Origin: Bacteroidia bacterium
Lineage (GTDB): Bacteria; Bacteroidota; Bacteroidia; SpSt-205
Direction of reading: 5' to 3'
DNA: 64,000 bases
Assembly: GCA_026003215.1 (NCBI GenBank)
Contig: BPGV01000001.1
Location: forward strand, 2,202,466-2,266,465
Made by a program: the position numbers and the translations under genes. Shown here in pieces: positions 27,777 to 38,225 of the stretch; position 1 is the first letter of the stretch, and each line of letters starts with the position of its first letter. The notes below the pieces were generated by a model. That model was not told the origin of the DNA. It made no database searches and saw nothing but the letters and a program-made list of their open reading frames with translations.

Positions 27777-30521
27777 ATGGGGATTCGGTATGGTTTAGCC
27801 TGCGTGGCGTTATTGGCAGCGCAGCAACCTTTTCGCTTCTTGGTCATGGATGGACAGACGCAGGAGCCGTTAGCGGGGGCTGCGGTGGTGCTGCTGGGGG
27901 CTGAGCCTAAGGGCGTGCTTACCGACAGCACCGGCGTAGCCACTCTCTCGGTGCGTTTTCTTTCCGATACCCTCAAAGTAGAAGTGCGCTATATGGGCTA
28001 TGAAAAAGTGGAGGTGGCCCTGACAGCCCGTTCAGCGCCTGGGGTAGAGGTACGCTTATGGCCTGAGGGGGTGCAGCAGCAGGAAGTAGTCATCACGGCC
28101 CATCAGGAGACACGCACAGAGGTAGCCCTGCTCTCGGCGCTTCAGCAGATGCCCCAGATAGCCACAGGCCTCTCTGCCCAAGCTATCCAGCGTACCCCCG
28201 ATAGGACCGCTGCTGCGGTATTGACGCGTATAACAGGGGTGACTGTAAACGAGGGCCGCTTCCTTGTCATACGTGGCATGAACGAGCGCTACAATGCCGT
28301 ACTCCTGAATAGACTGCCCGTGTTTAGCACAGAGCCGGAATCCCGCGCCTTTGACCTGGAGATCTTACCTGCGGGGATTATAGATCAAGTACGCGTGTAT
28401 AAAACGCCCGCAGCTTATCAAACGGGGGAGTTTGGGGGGGGAGTGGTAGAGGTGCTTACTCGGCGCAGCCAAGAGACGCCTACCTTTCACCTTCAGCTGC
28501 GTAGCGGCTATTTGGTGGGTACTACTTTCCGCCCTGGCCTGGCAAGTGTCTCTTATCCGGCGGATATATGGGGCAGCGGGGTGGTTTCTCGGGCCCTCCC
28601 TGGAGGGTTTCCTGAAGACCTTAACGCCCTTTCCCCCGCTGAAGCCCGCGCTTGGGCTCAAAAGCTACCCAATACTTTTCGTCTTCGTTCTATAAGCGCG
28701 CTGCCACCTAATACCCAGGGGTCTCTCACCTATGGGGTACCGCTTACTAAGAAACTATGGTTTTTATCCGGCCTCTCGTATGGACGCAGCTTTCAAAACC
28801 TGCTCGTAGAGCGAAATAGATATGAAGTTCGTGTATTGCAAGCCGGCGCTAATCCTAAGCTTTTTTCTTACATAGACCGGCAGACGACAGAGATGGTTCG
28901 GCTGATGGGTTTTACGAACTTTCTTTGGGCACCCGCGCCCGGCCAGCAGGTAGAGCTAAATCTTTTTGCTGCACGGCTTACTGAAAATGAAACTATCCTC
29001 CGAGAGGGCTATTCTTTCTATCAAAGGGGTACGGATGCTTTCTTTCGCAACTACAGCATGCAATATTTGGCGCGTACTTTGTCTTTCCTGCAAATAGGTG
29101 GGATGCATCGCTTGTCTGAGGGGATAGCCCTTCGGTGGGATGTGGGCGGCCATGCTACCTTACGCGATGAGCCGGATTATCGCCGAGTGCGTACTGTACG
29201 AGAGGCGGGCGACTCCGTTTTTCGGATAATCCTGCCGCCCGGGCCAACAACTTTTGATGCGGCGCGTTTTTATAGTCAGTTGCGTCAATACGGGGCGGAT
29301 GCCCAGCTCTCCCTACTTACAGAGCTATGGCGCTGGCGCATAGTGACGGGGATGCAGGTCGGGGCTATCACCCGTACTTTTTCAGCCCGGTGGTTTTCTT
29401 ATACCGTACCTTCCACGGCCTCGCCAAGCTTCGTAGCTTTTTGGACGGCCTTGCCCATAGAAGAGGCCTTTTCTGAGGAGTATCTACCCCAGCTGCGTTT
29501 GCGGGAGGGAACTAATCCCACGGACCGCTATGAGGCGCAACAAGCCGTAGCTGCGGCTTTCTTTTCCGCAGAACGGACTATGGGGCGCTTTTCTATACAG
29601 GCAGGCTTGCGGTATGAATACAGCGAGCAACGCCTCCAATCGGCTACGGCCACGCAGGCCCTCTCTGTCCAACCCCCTTTTCCTTTGCTGATGCCTTTTG
29701 TGAGTGCAGGGTGGGCGCTCAGTCCTACCCAAAAGCTCCGTTGGGCTTATAGCCGTACGCTCAACCGGCCAGCCCTGCGCGAGCTGGCCCCCTTCCTCTA
29801 CTATAACTTCGCTTTAGAGGTTCAGCAGGCCGGCAATCCTGCATTGCGTCCCGCTACCCTACACAATGTAGATATACGTTATGAACTTAGCCCATCCTTG
29901 GGGCAGCTTTTGGCTATTGGGTTATTTTATAAAAAACTTATCCAGCCTATTGAAACCTACATTTTGCGTGGGGCAGATCAACCTACCATACGGTTTGGGA
30001 ATGCGCCTTCGGCTCAGCTTGTCGGTGCTGAAATAGAGCTACGGGTGCGCCTTTCGCAGACCCTCTCTTTAATAGCTAATGGTGCCTATGTATGGAGCCA
30101 GGTAGATATGGGCTCAGCCGTATATGGCAGCAGTGGCGGGCAATCTGCCAGTCAAGCGCGTTTCCGTCCCCTCCAAGGCCAGGCGCCTTTCCTCGGTAAC
30201 CTCCTGCTTTCCTACACCTCCCGAAGTGGACGGTGGGAAGTTAGTACAGCAGGCCAGCTCACAGGGCCTCGTCTCTGGTGGGTGGGCGATAACTTCAACC
30301 CCAGCGTCTATGAAATGCCTCGCCCCATTTGGGATGCGACATTCCGCCATAAGCTGGGTAAAGCTTTCTATATTCAACTCCAGGCCCGAGATATCCTCAA
30401 TACCCCTTTTGTGTATAGGCAAGACTCAGACTTGAATGGGCGTATTAGCCGAAAAGAAGATGTAATCTTCCGCTACGTACGGGGTTCGGAGTGGAGCGTA
30501 GCGATGGGGTGGCAGTGGTAA
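27777..30521 (+). CDS. TonB-dependent receptor
   Basis: Signal peptide, CarboxypepD_reg-like domain, IRGMNERYN, GEFGGG, GNPALRPA, RPLQGQAP, terminal W. Confidence 0.9.
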   Translation: MGIRYGLACVALLAAQQPFRFLVMDGQTQEPLAGAAVVLLGAEPKGVLTDSTGVATLSVRFLSDTLKVEVRYMGYEKVEVALTARSAPGVEVRLWPEGVQQQEVVITAHQETRTEVALLSALQQMPQIATGLSAQAIQRTPDRTAAAVLTRITGVTVNEGRFLVIRGMNERYNAVLLNRLPVFSTEPESRAFDLEILPAGIIDQVRVYKTPAAYQTGEFGGGVVEVLTRRSQETPTFHLQLRSGYLVGTTFRPGLASVSYPADIWGSGVVSRALPGGFPEDLNALSPAEARAWAQKLPNTFRLRSISALPPNTQGSLTYGVPLTKKLWFLSGLSYGRSFQNLLVERNRYEVRVLQAGANPKLFSYIDRQTTEMVRLMGFTNFLWAPAPGQQVELNLFAARLTENETILREGYSFYQRGTDAFFRNYSMQYLARTLSFLQIGGMHRLSEGIALRWDVGGHATLRDEPDYRRVRTVREAGDSVFRIILPPGPTTFDAARFYSQLRQYGADAQLSLLTELWRWRIVTGMQVGAITRTFSARWFSYTVPSTASPSFVAFWTALPIEEAFSEEYLPQLRLREGTNPTDRYEAQQAVAAAFFSAERTMGRFSIQAGLRYEYSEQRLQSATATQALSVQPPFPLLMPFVSAGWALSPTQKLRWAYSRTLNRPALRELAPFLYYNFALEVQQAGNPALRPATLHNVDIRYELSPSLGQLLAIGLFYKKLIQPIETYILRGADQPTIRFGNAPSAQLVGAEIELRVRLSQTLSLIANGAYVWSQVDMGSAVYGSSGGQSASQARFRPLQGQAPFLGNLLLSYTSRSGRWEVSTAGQLTGPRLWWVGDNFNPSVYEMPRPIWDATFRHKLGKAFYIQLQARDILNTPFVYRQDSDLNGRISRKEDVIFRYVRGSEWSVAMGWQW

Positions 30522-30545
30522 GGGGCTCCAAGCTACCTTTGCTTT

Positions 30546-31166
30546 ATGCCCTACTGGGTAGGGATTACGGGGGGAAGTGCCTCAGGAAAAACCTTCTTGC
30601 TGGAAGCTCTGCGCCGCTCTCTCCCCTCAGAAAAAGTTACCTTCATCTCCATGGACCATTATTATAAAGATTTGCAGTTACAACCTCGAGATGCGGAGGG
30701 TAAGGTTAACTTTGACTTGCCAGATGCGATAGATAGCCAAAGATTTTATGAGCATCTTTTGGCTTTACGGCGGGGAGAGGCCGTAACACAGCGAGAATAC
30801 ACCTTCAACCAGCCCGGGGTAGTACCGCGGCTCCTGACTTTTCAGCCGGCGCCGCTTGTGATTGTAGAGGGACTCTTTCTCTTTTACTGGCCGCATATTC
30901 GGGCGCTTTTTGACCTGCGCTTATTCATAGAAGCGGATGAGCCCTATAGATTTATCCGCCGGCTTCAACGGGACCAAAGAGAGCGGGGGTATACGGTAGA
31001 CAGTATCATCCACCAATACTTGACACAGGTCCTGCCTGCGTATCGGCAGTTTGTGGAACCGCTGCGGATGTATGCGCACCTGGTCATCCAGAATCACTAC
31101 GGCGAGCTCACGCCGATTTTACGGGTGCTTTTGGACCACCTTCAAGCAGCCCTGAGAGATGTCTAA
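30546..31166 (+). CDS. udk: Uridine kinase
   Basis: GITGGSASGKT, SMDHYYK, NFDLP, IVEGL, RRLQRDQRERG. Confidence 0.92.
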   Translation: MPYWVGITGGSASGKTFLLEALRRSLPSEKVTFISMDHYYKDLQLQPRDAEGKVNFDLPDAIDSQRFYEHLLALRRGEAVTQREYTFNQPGVVPRLLTFQPAPLVIVEGLFLFYWPHIRALFDLRLFIEADEPYRFIRRLQRDQRERGYTVDSIIHQYLTQVLPAYRQFVEPLRMYAHLVIQNHYGELTPILRVLLDHLQAALRDV

Positions 31167-31176
31167 CTTTGTGCCC

Positions 31177-33126
31177 ATGCGATGGGGAGTAACCCTACTA
31201 CTGGGGGTGGTGAGTCTATGGGCCCAGGATTGGAGCAAGCGACAAGGCGAGCTGGCCCGTTTAGGAAAGAGCGTAAAAGTCACTCAAGCAGAGTTTGAGT
31301 ATGCGTACGCCAAAGCTCATGGGGGCTGGTCTCAAGCGGCTACCCATACGCCTGACCAATATCGGGCGTACTTGGAGGCATACTTAGATTTCCGTCGGAA
31401 GGTAGCCGAAGCCTTAGACCGCAAGCTGGATACCGCCCGTACCTTCCGGGAAGAATACGAAAACTATCTGCGACAGCTGGCCAAACCGTATCTGTTGGAG
31501 AAGGAAGTCTTGGATACCCTCCTCCGCCAGCTGTATGGTCGGATGAAGGAAGAGATTCGGGCCTCCCATATTTTGGTCACTATCAAGGAAGGGGATACAG
31601 TAAAAGCCTATGAGCGGGCCTTAGCGCTGCGGGACTCGGTGGTCAAGGGCGGAAAAAGTTTTGCGGAGATAGCTCGGCTGTATTCGGATGACCCCAGTGC
31701 CTCTCAGAATGAAGGGGACCTGGGGTACTTCAGCGCATTTGACATGGTAGCACCCTTTGAAGATGCGGCGTATGCTACGCCGGTGGGTTCGGTTTCGCAG
31801 CCGGTCCTCACGCGGTTTGGGTACCACCTTATCTACGTGCGCGAGCGGGTGCCAAATGCTGGGCGCCGCAGGGTCGCCCATATTTTGGTGCGGTGGGGGC
31901 CTACCTATGCGGCTAAAGACAGCGTGGAAGCTGAGCGGCGCATTCGGGAGGTGTATGCCCGCTTAGCGAAGGGAGAAAAATGGGAAGACCTGGCGCGGGA
32001 TTTTTCGGATGACCCAATGACGGCCAGCCGAGGGGGGGAGTTAGGCTGGATGCGCCTCATGCCCCAAATGGAAGCTGTCAAGCGCACCCTTCGTGAAGGT
32101 GCCTATAGTGAGCCTTTCCGTACCCGCTTTGGATGGCATATCCTCAAAGTCTTGGAGGTTAAGCCAGTGGGCTCTTTTGAGGAAATGCGCGGCGAACTCA
32201 AAACCCGCCTCCAACGAGATGAACGGTACAAGGCTGCCGAGCGTGCCTACTTTGAGCGTCGCCTGCGCCACTATGCTTTCCAAGAAAACCCTGTCATGCG
32301 CCAAAATCTTTACGCAGCGCTGGATACGCTCTATCCCAATATAGATGTAGCTTTGGAAAAACTTTCACCAACGCTGCTGGGCAGCACGCTCTTTACCCTG
32401 GCTAAGCGCAAGTATGCGGTGCGGGACTTTCTCACCTATTGGAGTGGAAACCGGGGGCTTCTCCTTGCCCGCAGACTCACCCCAGAGGTTTTTGACGAGG
32501 CCCTTCGCAGCTTTGCTCATGAAAAGGTATTAGACATAGAGCTACCAGAGCTACCTAAGCGGTATCCAGAGTTTGAGCTTTTGCGCAGGGAGTATTACTA
32601 TGGTGTGCTTTTTTTCAACATAAGCGAGCAGGAAGTGTGGCGAAAGGCAGTGGAAGATACGGCTGGCTTACGGAAGTTTTATGAAGAACGTAAGACACAG
32701 TTTCCCGCGGGCGAAAGGTTAGAGGTGATAGAGATTACGGGTACAGACTCCGCCTCGCTGGCGGAGGTGCCTAAGCGTCTCCCGGAAGTCTCGCTGGCAG
32801 CGATAGACTCCCTCAATCGGGCTGGCCGCTATGGGTGGCGGATAGTACCTCAGTTTGTGGAGAAAGATAAAGCCCCCGAGCTTTACCGAGCGTATGGCGC
32901 TAACGGCCAGACTCCGGGCTGGACCCCTTTGGAAGGAAAGGGCCGAGAATGGCGCAGGGCGTATGTGCTGCGCCGCCTGCCCGCAGGATATAAAACCTTT
33001 GAAGAAGTACGCGTAGAACTCATCCAGAAGTATCAAGAAGACCTTGAGCGCAAGTGGTTAGAGCGCTTGCGGGCCAAGTATCCGGCAAAAGTCAATGAAA
33101 AGGTTTTTGCTCGTCTCTTTCGTTAG
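31177..33126 (+). CDS. Periplasmic parvulin (PpiC)-type PPIase with two rotamase domains
   Basis: IRASHILV, YSDDPSA..NEGDLGYF, TRFGYHLI and a second VAHILV...FGWHIL; signal peptide. Confidence 0.9.
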   Translation: MRWGVTLLLGVVSLWAQDWSKRQGELARLGKSVKVTQAEFEYAYAKAHGGWSQAATHTPDQYRAYLEAYLDFRRKVAEALDRKLDTARTFREEYENYLRQLAKPYLLEKEVLDTLLRQLYGRMKEEIRASHILVTIKEGDTVKAYERALALRDSVVKGGKSFAEIARLYSDDPSASQNEGDLGYFSAFDMVAPFEDAAYATPVGSVSQPVLTRFGYHLIYVRERVPNAGRRRVAHILVRWGPTYAAKDSVEAERRIREVYARLAKGEKWEDLARDFSDDPMTASRGGELGWMRLMPQMEAVKRTLREGAYSEPFRTRFGWHILKVLEVKPVGSFEEMRGELKTRLQRDERYKAAERAYFERRLRHYAFQENPVMRQNLYAALDTLYPNIDVALEKLSPTLLGSTLFTLAKRKYAVRDFLTYWSGNRGLLLARRLTPEVFDEALRSFAHEKVLDIELPELPKRYPEFELLRREYYYGVLFFNISEQEVWRKAVEDTAGLRKFYEERKTQFPAGERLEVIEITGTDSASLAEVPKRLPEVSLAAIDSLNRAGRYGWRIVPQFVEKDKAPELYRAYGANGQTPGWTPLEGKGREWRRAYVLRRLPAGYKTFEEVRVELIQKYQEDLERKWLERLRAKYPAKVNEKVFARLFR

Positions 33127-33922
33127 TCTGGTAATCGGGTGTAAAAAGCAGCCGGCCGAACCGATTATAGCGCAGTATAAAGACAAGTACCTTACACGTT
33201 CGGAGGCGCTGGCGCGCGTGGTGATACCTGCAGGAGAAGATACCCATCTTATTTTACATGCGTATGGGCGGGAATGGATACGGCAGCAGGCGCTGGCAGA
33301 TACCGCGTATGCGCTTTTACCTCAGCTTCGGTCTCATATAGAAAGTCAAGTACAGGCCTACCGCACGAAGCTCTTAATTGCGTACCTTTCTCGGCTATTG
33401 TCTGAACAGATTGTAGGACAAGCGCACATATCTGATAGCGTATTACAGGCTGAATACATGCGTCAGCCAGAGGCCTTTCGTGCTTTGCAACCTTTTTATC
33501 AATATCGGTGGGTGAAACTGCCAGACACATGGACTAACCGTCGTGAAGTAGCCCGGAAACTGTATCAGCCGGATAGTGTCTGGATAGCGTGGCTGCAAGA
33601 AAACAAATATGTAGGGGAAGTAGTGCGGGAGTGGGTGCCTCGTAACCGATTAGATAGCCTGCAAGCATTTTTTTCTACTTCATTGGTAGGGTTAAGTATC
33701 CGAGGGGCAGCCCAGGCCAGTCGCATGGAAGGCGGCCAGCCATACCTGTTGGTGTTTCAGCTTACGGGGCTAATCTTACCGGGGCAAGTCCTCCCTTTGG
33801 AGCTTGTCCATAATCAGGTGCAAGATGTTGTCTTACAACAAAAAATACATGCGTGGTTGTCCGCTTTTGAAGATACCGTTTATCAGCGGGCTATGGCCCG
33901 TCCTGATGTGCGGCTCTATTAG
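33095..33922 (+). CDS. Lipoprotein of the Bacteroidota PPIase/SurA cluster
   Basis: Lipobox VIGC, IIAQYKDKYL; lies between two PPIase genes. Confidence 0.7.
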   Translation: MKRFLLVSFVSLVIGCKKQPAEPIIAQYKDKYLTRSEALARVVIPAGEDTHLILHAYGREWIRQQALADTAYALLPQLRSHIESQVQAYRTKLLIAYLSRLLSEQIVGQAHISDSVLQAEYMRQPEAFRALQPFYQYRWVKLPDTWTNRREVARKLYQPDSVWIAWLQENKYVGEVVREWVPRNRLDSLQAFFSTSLVGLSIRGAAQASRMEGGQPYLLVFQLTGLILPGQVLPLELVHNQVQDVVLQQKIHAWLSAFEDTVYQRAMARPDVRLY

Positions 33923-35216
33923 CTTGGCCCAGATTCGCGTAGAAGGTATAGCCGCTGTGGTAGGGGATGAGATTATTTTAGAGTCCCAAGTAGCGCAGCA
34001 GTATGCTTATCTTAAGCAGATGGGCCATGCCGATGATGGGGGCTTATACTGTGAGGTACTGGAGCAGTTGATTGTCCAAAAACTTTTGCTGGTACGAGCC
34101 CGGTTAGACAGCCTTAAGGTCTCTGACGAACAGGTGGAAAGGGAGTTAGAACGGCGCTTGCAGATTCTTACAGCGCAGTTGGGTTCCCCAGAAGCCATCG
34201 TAGAAATTTACGGAAGGCCACTTCCTGTCCTGAAACAAGATCTACGAGCTGAGGTCCGTAATCAGATTTTAGCTGAGGAAATGCGCCAAAAGATCCTCCA
34301 AGAGGTGAAGGTAACCCCCCAAGAAGTGCGGGACTTCTTTCGCAGTATTCCGCCGGACAGCCTGCCGTACGTGCCCGCAGAAGTAGAGCTGAGTCAGATT
34401 GTGGTATGGGCGAAGCCTTCCGCCGCTGAAAAGGAGGCTACCCGGAGCCGGTTAGAACAGATTCGGCAAGAGATCGTGGCTGGTAAGATGGATTTTGCTT
34501 CTGCGGCGCGGGCTTTCTCGCAGGATGTGGGTTCGGCGCGGCAAGGCGGGGCCCTCGGCGAGTTTAGCCGCGGCCAGATGGTTCCCGAATTTGAACGCAT
34601 GGCTTTTTCTGTGCCTATCGGTGAGGTCTCCCCCGTGTTTGAAACGCCGTACGGCTTCCATATCCTCCTGGTAGAGAAGCGGGTAGGCAATAAAGTGCAA
34701 GCTCGGCATATCCTCTTGCAACCAGCGATTACGGAGGCAGATGTAGAGACGGCTCGACACCAGTTAGAGGACCTGCGCGAGCGTATTTTACGAGATAGTA
34801 TCACCTTCGCTCGGGCGGTGGTGGAGTTTTCTGAGGATATTCCTACCAAGCAGGCAGGGGGTAGGCTCATGGATGAAGAAACAGGCAGTTATAGACTGCC
34901 GCTGGATAAACTGGATGCAGAGCTGTATTTTATTGTGGATGGCCTGCGACCAGGGGATATCTCCCCGGCGCATGCTTTCACAGCCAAGGATGGACGTAAA
35001 GGCGTGCGGATTGTTTGGCTTCAGCGGCGCTATCCGCCGCATAGAGCTTCCTTGGAGCTGGATTATGAGCGGTTTGCGGAGGCAGCCCTCGAGTTGAAGA
35101 AACAAGAAGCAGTAGCCCGGTGGTTAGAGAAAGCACGTAAAAATGTGCCCGTAGAAATACGGGCGGAGCGGTGCGCCGAGGCCCTTTCAGAGTGGGAACG
35201 GGGAAGGGAAAAGTAG
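33849..35216 (+). CDS. surA: SurA-like chaperone/PPIase
   Basis: EGIAAVVGDEIILES SurA N-domain, FSQD..SARQGG.LG, MVPEFE, ETPYGFHIL; start uncertain. Confidence 0.8.
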   Translation: MRGCPLLKIPFISGLWPVLMCGSISLAQIRVEGIAAVVGDEIILESQVAQQYAYLKQMGHADDGGLYCEVLEQLIVQKLLLVRARLDSLKVSDEQVERELERRLQILTAQLGSPEAIVEIYGRPLPVLKQDLRAEVRNQILAEEMRQKILQEVKVTPQEVRDFFRSIPPDSLPYVPAEVELSQIVVWAKPSAAEKEATRSRLEQIRQEIVAGKMDFASAARAFSQDVGSARQGGALGEFSRGQMVPEFERMAFSVPIGEVSPVFETPYGFHILLVEKRVGNKVQARHILLQPAITEADVETARHQLEDLRERILRDSITFARAVVEFSEDIPTKQAGGRLMDEETGSYRLPLDKLDAELYFIVDGLRPGDISPAHAFTAKDGRKGVRIVWLQRRYPPHRASLELDYERFAEAALELKKQEAVARWLEKARKNVPVEIRAERCAEALSEWERGREK

Positions 35217-35297
35217 GGGGGCGGGCGGCGGCGCCGCCACAGCGGCGCCGCCGCCCGCATAAAAAAGGGGCGGGGCGGCCGTAGGCCGCCCCGCCCC
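35213..35297. repeat. Double GC-rich hairpin (REP-like; probably also terminates the convergent genes)
   Basis: GTAG at 35213, 17-bp stem 35221-35258 (loop CACA), A6 spacer, 14-bp stem 35267-35297 (loop GTA). Confidence 0.8.
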
Positions 35298-35321
35298 GTC
35301 AGCCAAAAAATCTCAGCCGCC

Positions 35322-37256
35322 TTATCGAGCCATGTCCGCCTTGATGAGCCGTATCGTTCGGACTTCTCCGCCATAGCTTACCACCGCATTATAGTTGCCC
35401 GCCGCTACTTGACTTAGGATACCGCTCAAATCCAGCGTATGTGTACCGGCGGCGAGGGTATAGTCACTTTTTACGACCAGCTTACCTGCGGCGTCATACA
35501 GCTGGAAGGACATAGGGCCTTCGGCGGGGAGAGAGACAAGCAGTTGGGCTTCGGTAACCACGGGGTTCGGTTGGAGCTGTACGGAGAAGCTTTCGCCTGC
35601 GCCGGGAAGCATCGCTTCCACAGTATTAGAATAGCGGATATTGCCGAAGATGTCGTGCTGTTCTACGCGGTAGAAGTAGCGGGTGAGGGGTTTCACGTAT
35701 TCATCTCGGTGGGTATAGCGGGTGCGTCCTTGCTTATCTACTTGGGCGATGCGGGTGAAGGCTACGCCGTCTGTACTACGGTAGAGTTCATACCCTAAGA
35801 TTTCGGGTCTTTCGGGGGAGACTTCCCAGGTGAGGGCGATAGCCGCGCCGGTAGGGGCAGCCGCTAATCGTATATCCTCGGAGGGGAGGGGGGCATTATT
35901 AGCAATCACCGTGGCGTAGAAGTAGGTACCGTTTTGGTTGTATGAGGTGAAGCCGGTACGCGTCACATCCCAGCCGGTGGAGTTGCCCTCACAGTTATTG
36001 GGGGGGGTAAGGAGGCCGCTAGTTGGGGCTTGGTTGTACCCTACATAGCAAAGATTAGTGGGGTAGTTGTTCCAGACGGGGTCGGAGCCGCCGGGAAGGC
36101 CGGTGCTGGTGCCTGCGGCGGGGCAGTTGCCAGTAGTGGTGGCGTTAGTGACGGTGCGGTTATACATGCGTACGCTGCTGGGACCGGAAGGAGTAGAGGG
36201 AGTTGTCGCATCTACGGCTGCAAAAGGCATGATTTCCCAGCGTCCGTTGTTGAGAGGGTTGTATTGACGGGAGGCGCCGGGGTCGCCCGGTCGGCAATAG
36301 GGAGGCTGAGTGAAGGGAGCTTGTACGGTAGGGTCAAACCGTACGCGCACATAATGGGCTGCGGCTGGGGTGACTTCTACGCCTTGCAGGCCATAGCCAT
36401 TGGGGGGAGTACCTATGGGAGCTGCTCCTACGGCAAAGGGATAGGCGGTGGCCGCAGCTACATTCCGCCGGAGGTAGCCGTATACGTAGCGGTCTTGGTT
36501 ATCGGGGTCCAAGGTAGCAAAGGAAGCGGGCTGGGCAGGCGCCCATGGAGTCCGGACTACGGCGTTAGCAGCTGGGTTGAGGACGCGCACTTCCAGCTGC
36601 GTGCCAAGACCAGCACCTGTGGTATGAATGCGCCCACTGACAAAGGTGAGGGTATTTCCTACCCAGATGTCTATGTAAGTTTCTCCTACGGGGATGGTAC
36701 AGATACCAGGACCAGTGTATGTCCCATCGGACGCATAGTCCGATCCCTCACAATCAATCGTGACGAAGCGCCCAGCCAGATTGGTATTGGTATTGTTGAT
36801 GCGGACATCATAAAAGGTCCAATCTTGTGAGTTACCCGAGCCATTCCGGATAGCAACGAGCTGGGGGGCATTTGCCCCGTTGAACTCTATGGTACCCCCG
36901 AGGGTAGTATTCCCGTTGGCATTCCATGTGCCTGTGGAGCGATGGGCACCTGAGATATTGTGGTAATGGCCTTGGAGGTAAATCCACGAGTTTGGGCGGG
37001 AGTTGACTTCGGCGCCTTGTCCAATCTTGAAGTGGCCGCGGTAGCCGCCGCTTCCATCCACGCAGCGGATGGTGCCGAGGTTTTCCAGGACGCCGTTATT
37101 GGTTCCGTTATCGTTGGTCTGCATGCCGCCCTGGACATATACCAGCGCACCGGATTGGACATAGACCAGTGCGCCTTGGTTGAAAAAGAGGTCCGGTTGT
37201 GCCCAGAGCAGCGCACCTGCCCAGCAAGCCAAATGGATAAGTGTCTGTCGTCTCAT
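35322..37256 (-). CDS. T9SS type-A CTD secreted protein
   Basis: Signal peptide, Gly/Asn/Thr-rich beta region, YVYGYLRR..YPFAVG, fn3-like YELYRSTDG..YFYRVEQ, CTD QPNPV..LYDAAGKLV..GNY. Confidence 0.85.
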   Translation of the reverse strand: MRRQTLIHLACWAGALLWAQPDLFFNQGALVYVQSGALVYVQGGMQTNDNGTNNGVLENLGTIRCVDGSGGYRGHFKIGQGAEVNSRPNSWIYLQGHYHNISGAHRSTGTWNANGNTTLGGTIEFNGANAPQLVAIRNGSGNSQDWTFYDVRINNTNTNLAGRFVTIDCEGSDYASDGTYTGPGICTIPVGETYIDIWVGNTLTFVSGRIHTTGAGLGTQLEVRVLNPAANAVVRTPWAPAQPASFATLDPDNQDRYVYGYLRRNVAAATAYPFAVGAAPIGTPPNGYGLQGVEVTPAAAHYVRVRFDPTVQAPFTQPPYCRPGDPGASRQYNPLNNGRWEIMPFAAVDATTPSTPSGPSSVRMYNRTVTNATTTGNCPAAGTSTGLPGGSDPVWNNYPTNLCYVGYNQAPTSGLLTPPNNCEGNSTGWDVTRTGFTSYNQNGTYFYATVIANNAPLPSEDIRLAAAPTGAAIALTWEVSPERPEILGYELYRSTDGVAFTRIAQVDKQGRTRYTHRDEYVKPLTRYFYRVEQHDIFGNIRYSNTVEAMLPGAGESFSVQLQPNPVVTEAQLLVSLPAEGPMSFQLYDAAGKLVVKSDYTLAAGTHTLDLSGILSQVAAGNYNAVVSYGGEVRTIRLIKADMAR

Positions 37257-37274
37257 AGGTATCGCGAATTTAGA

Positions 37275-38222
37275 CTAAGGTACGGCGACTTTTTGAAACT
37301 TCCAAATGGGGTAGGTAGGTCGGCATAGGGCGTAGGCTTGCGGCTGGCCGGCCGGCGAGATTTTCCACAATCCTACTACAGCTCGGGCCCAGGTAGCCTT
37401 GCGCCGAGCGACGGGTTCGGTTTTGCAGCCGCTGCCGCTCACTACCACCCACTTATTAGAGGCAAGCTGGTGGATTTGTAGGTTATGGTCATGTCCAGAG
37501 AGGAGCAGTACGGGGCCCTGGGCCCCTTCTACATGCCGAAGTAAGCTATCCGCTAAGCGAGCATACCCCGGAAAGGCTAAGTCTGTGGGGTGCTTGCGGG
37601 CTTTCCGAGCTACGATAAAGAGAGTACCTATGCCGGGAAGGGGTATCCACAGGTATTTACTCAGCACCCGCAAGGGAAAAAGGTGAGCTATTAGCGGAAA
37701 ATAGCCTCCATGCGCGCCGGCGGTTTTAGGGGGGTGATGTAGGATGATTACGCACAGACGCTTGTCTAAAAGCAGGCTGTCTATGAGGCGCCAGTGGAAA
37801 GCTTGCGCGCGGGCGGAGTCTCGGATGAGCCGTTCAGAGTCTAAAAAAATGAGGAGCCAGTCGGGTCGGGAGAGGGTATCTGGGCCCACACGCCCAGGCA
37901 GGGGTTTGTGAGGGAGGGTTTCGGCTTGGTAGGAAAGTCCGGTGAGGCCGGCCTTCCAGTCGTGGTTACCTGGCGTGGCCCACACCTCACCGGGAAAAGC
38001 ATGCGCTACTTGGAGGAGCCTTTCCCAGCGTTTTTTATCTCTTTTTCGGCCACGATAGCCTGCAGGATAAAGGTTATCCCCTAAAAAGAGAAGGATATCC
38101 CCTTTTTGTGCGTGCTTCTGCCAGAAGTGCTTATATAGCTGCACTTGCCGAGCTGTAAGGGCTCCGGCGTCTCCTACGGCAAAAAGGGTTTGTAGCCAAA
38201 GATACGTTGCTACTAAGAGCAC
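37275..38222 (-). CDS. Calcineurin-like metallophosphoesterase
   Basis: VGDAG, FLGDNLYP, PGNHDW, HHP, SGHDHNLQ, SGSG. Confidence 0.88.
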   Translation of the reverse strand: MLLVATYLWLQTLFAVGDAGALTARQVQLYKHFWQKHAQKGDILLFLGDNLYPAGYRGRKRDKKRWERLLQVAHAFPGEVWATPGNHDWKAGLTGLSYQAETLPHKPLPGRVGPDTLSRPDWLLIFLDSERLIRDSARAQAFHWRLIDSLLLDKRLCVIILHHPPKTAGAHGGYFPLIAHLFPLRVLSKYLWIPLPGIGTLFIVARKARKHPTDLAFPGYARLADSLLRHVEGAQGPVLLLSGHDHNLQIHQLASNKWVVVSGSGCKTEPVARRKATWARAVVGLWKISPAGQPQAYALCRPTYPIWKFQKVAVP

Positions 38223-38225
38223 GGA

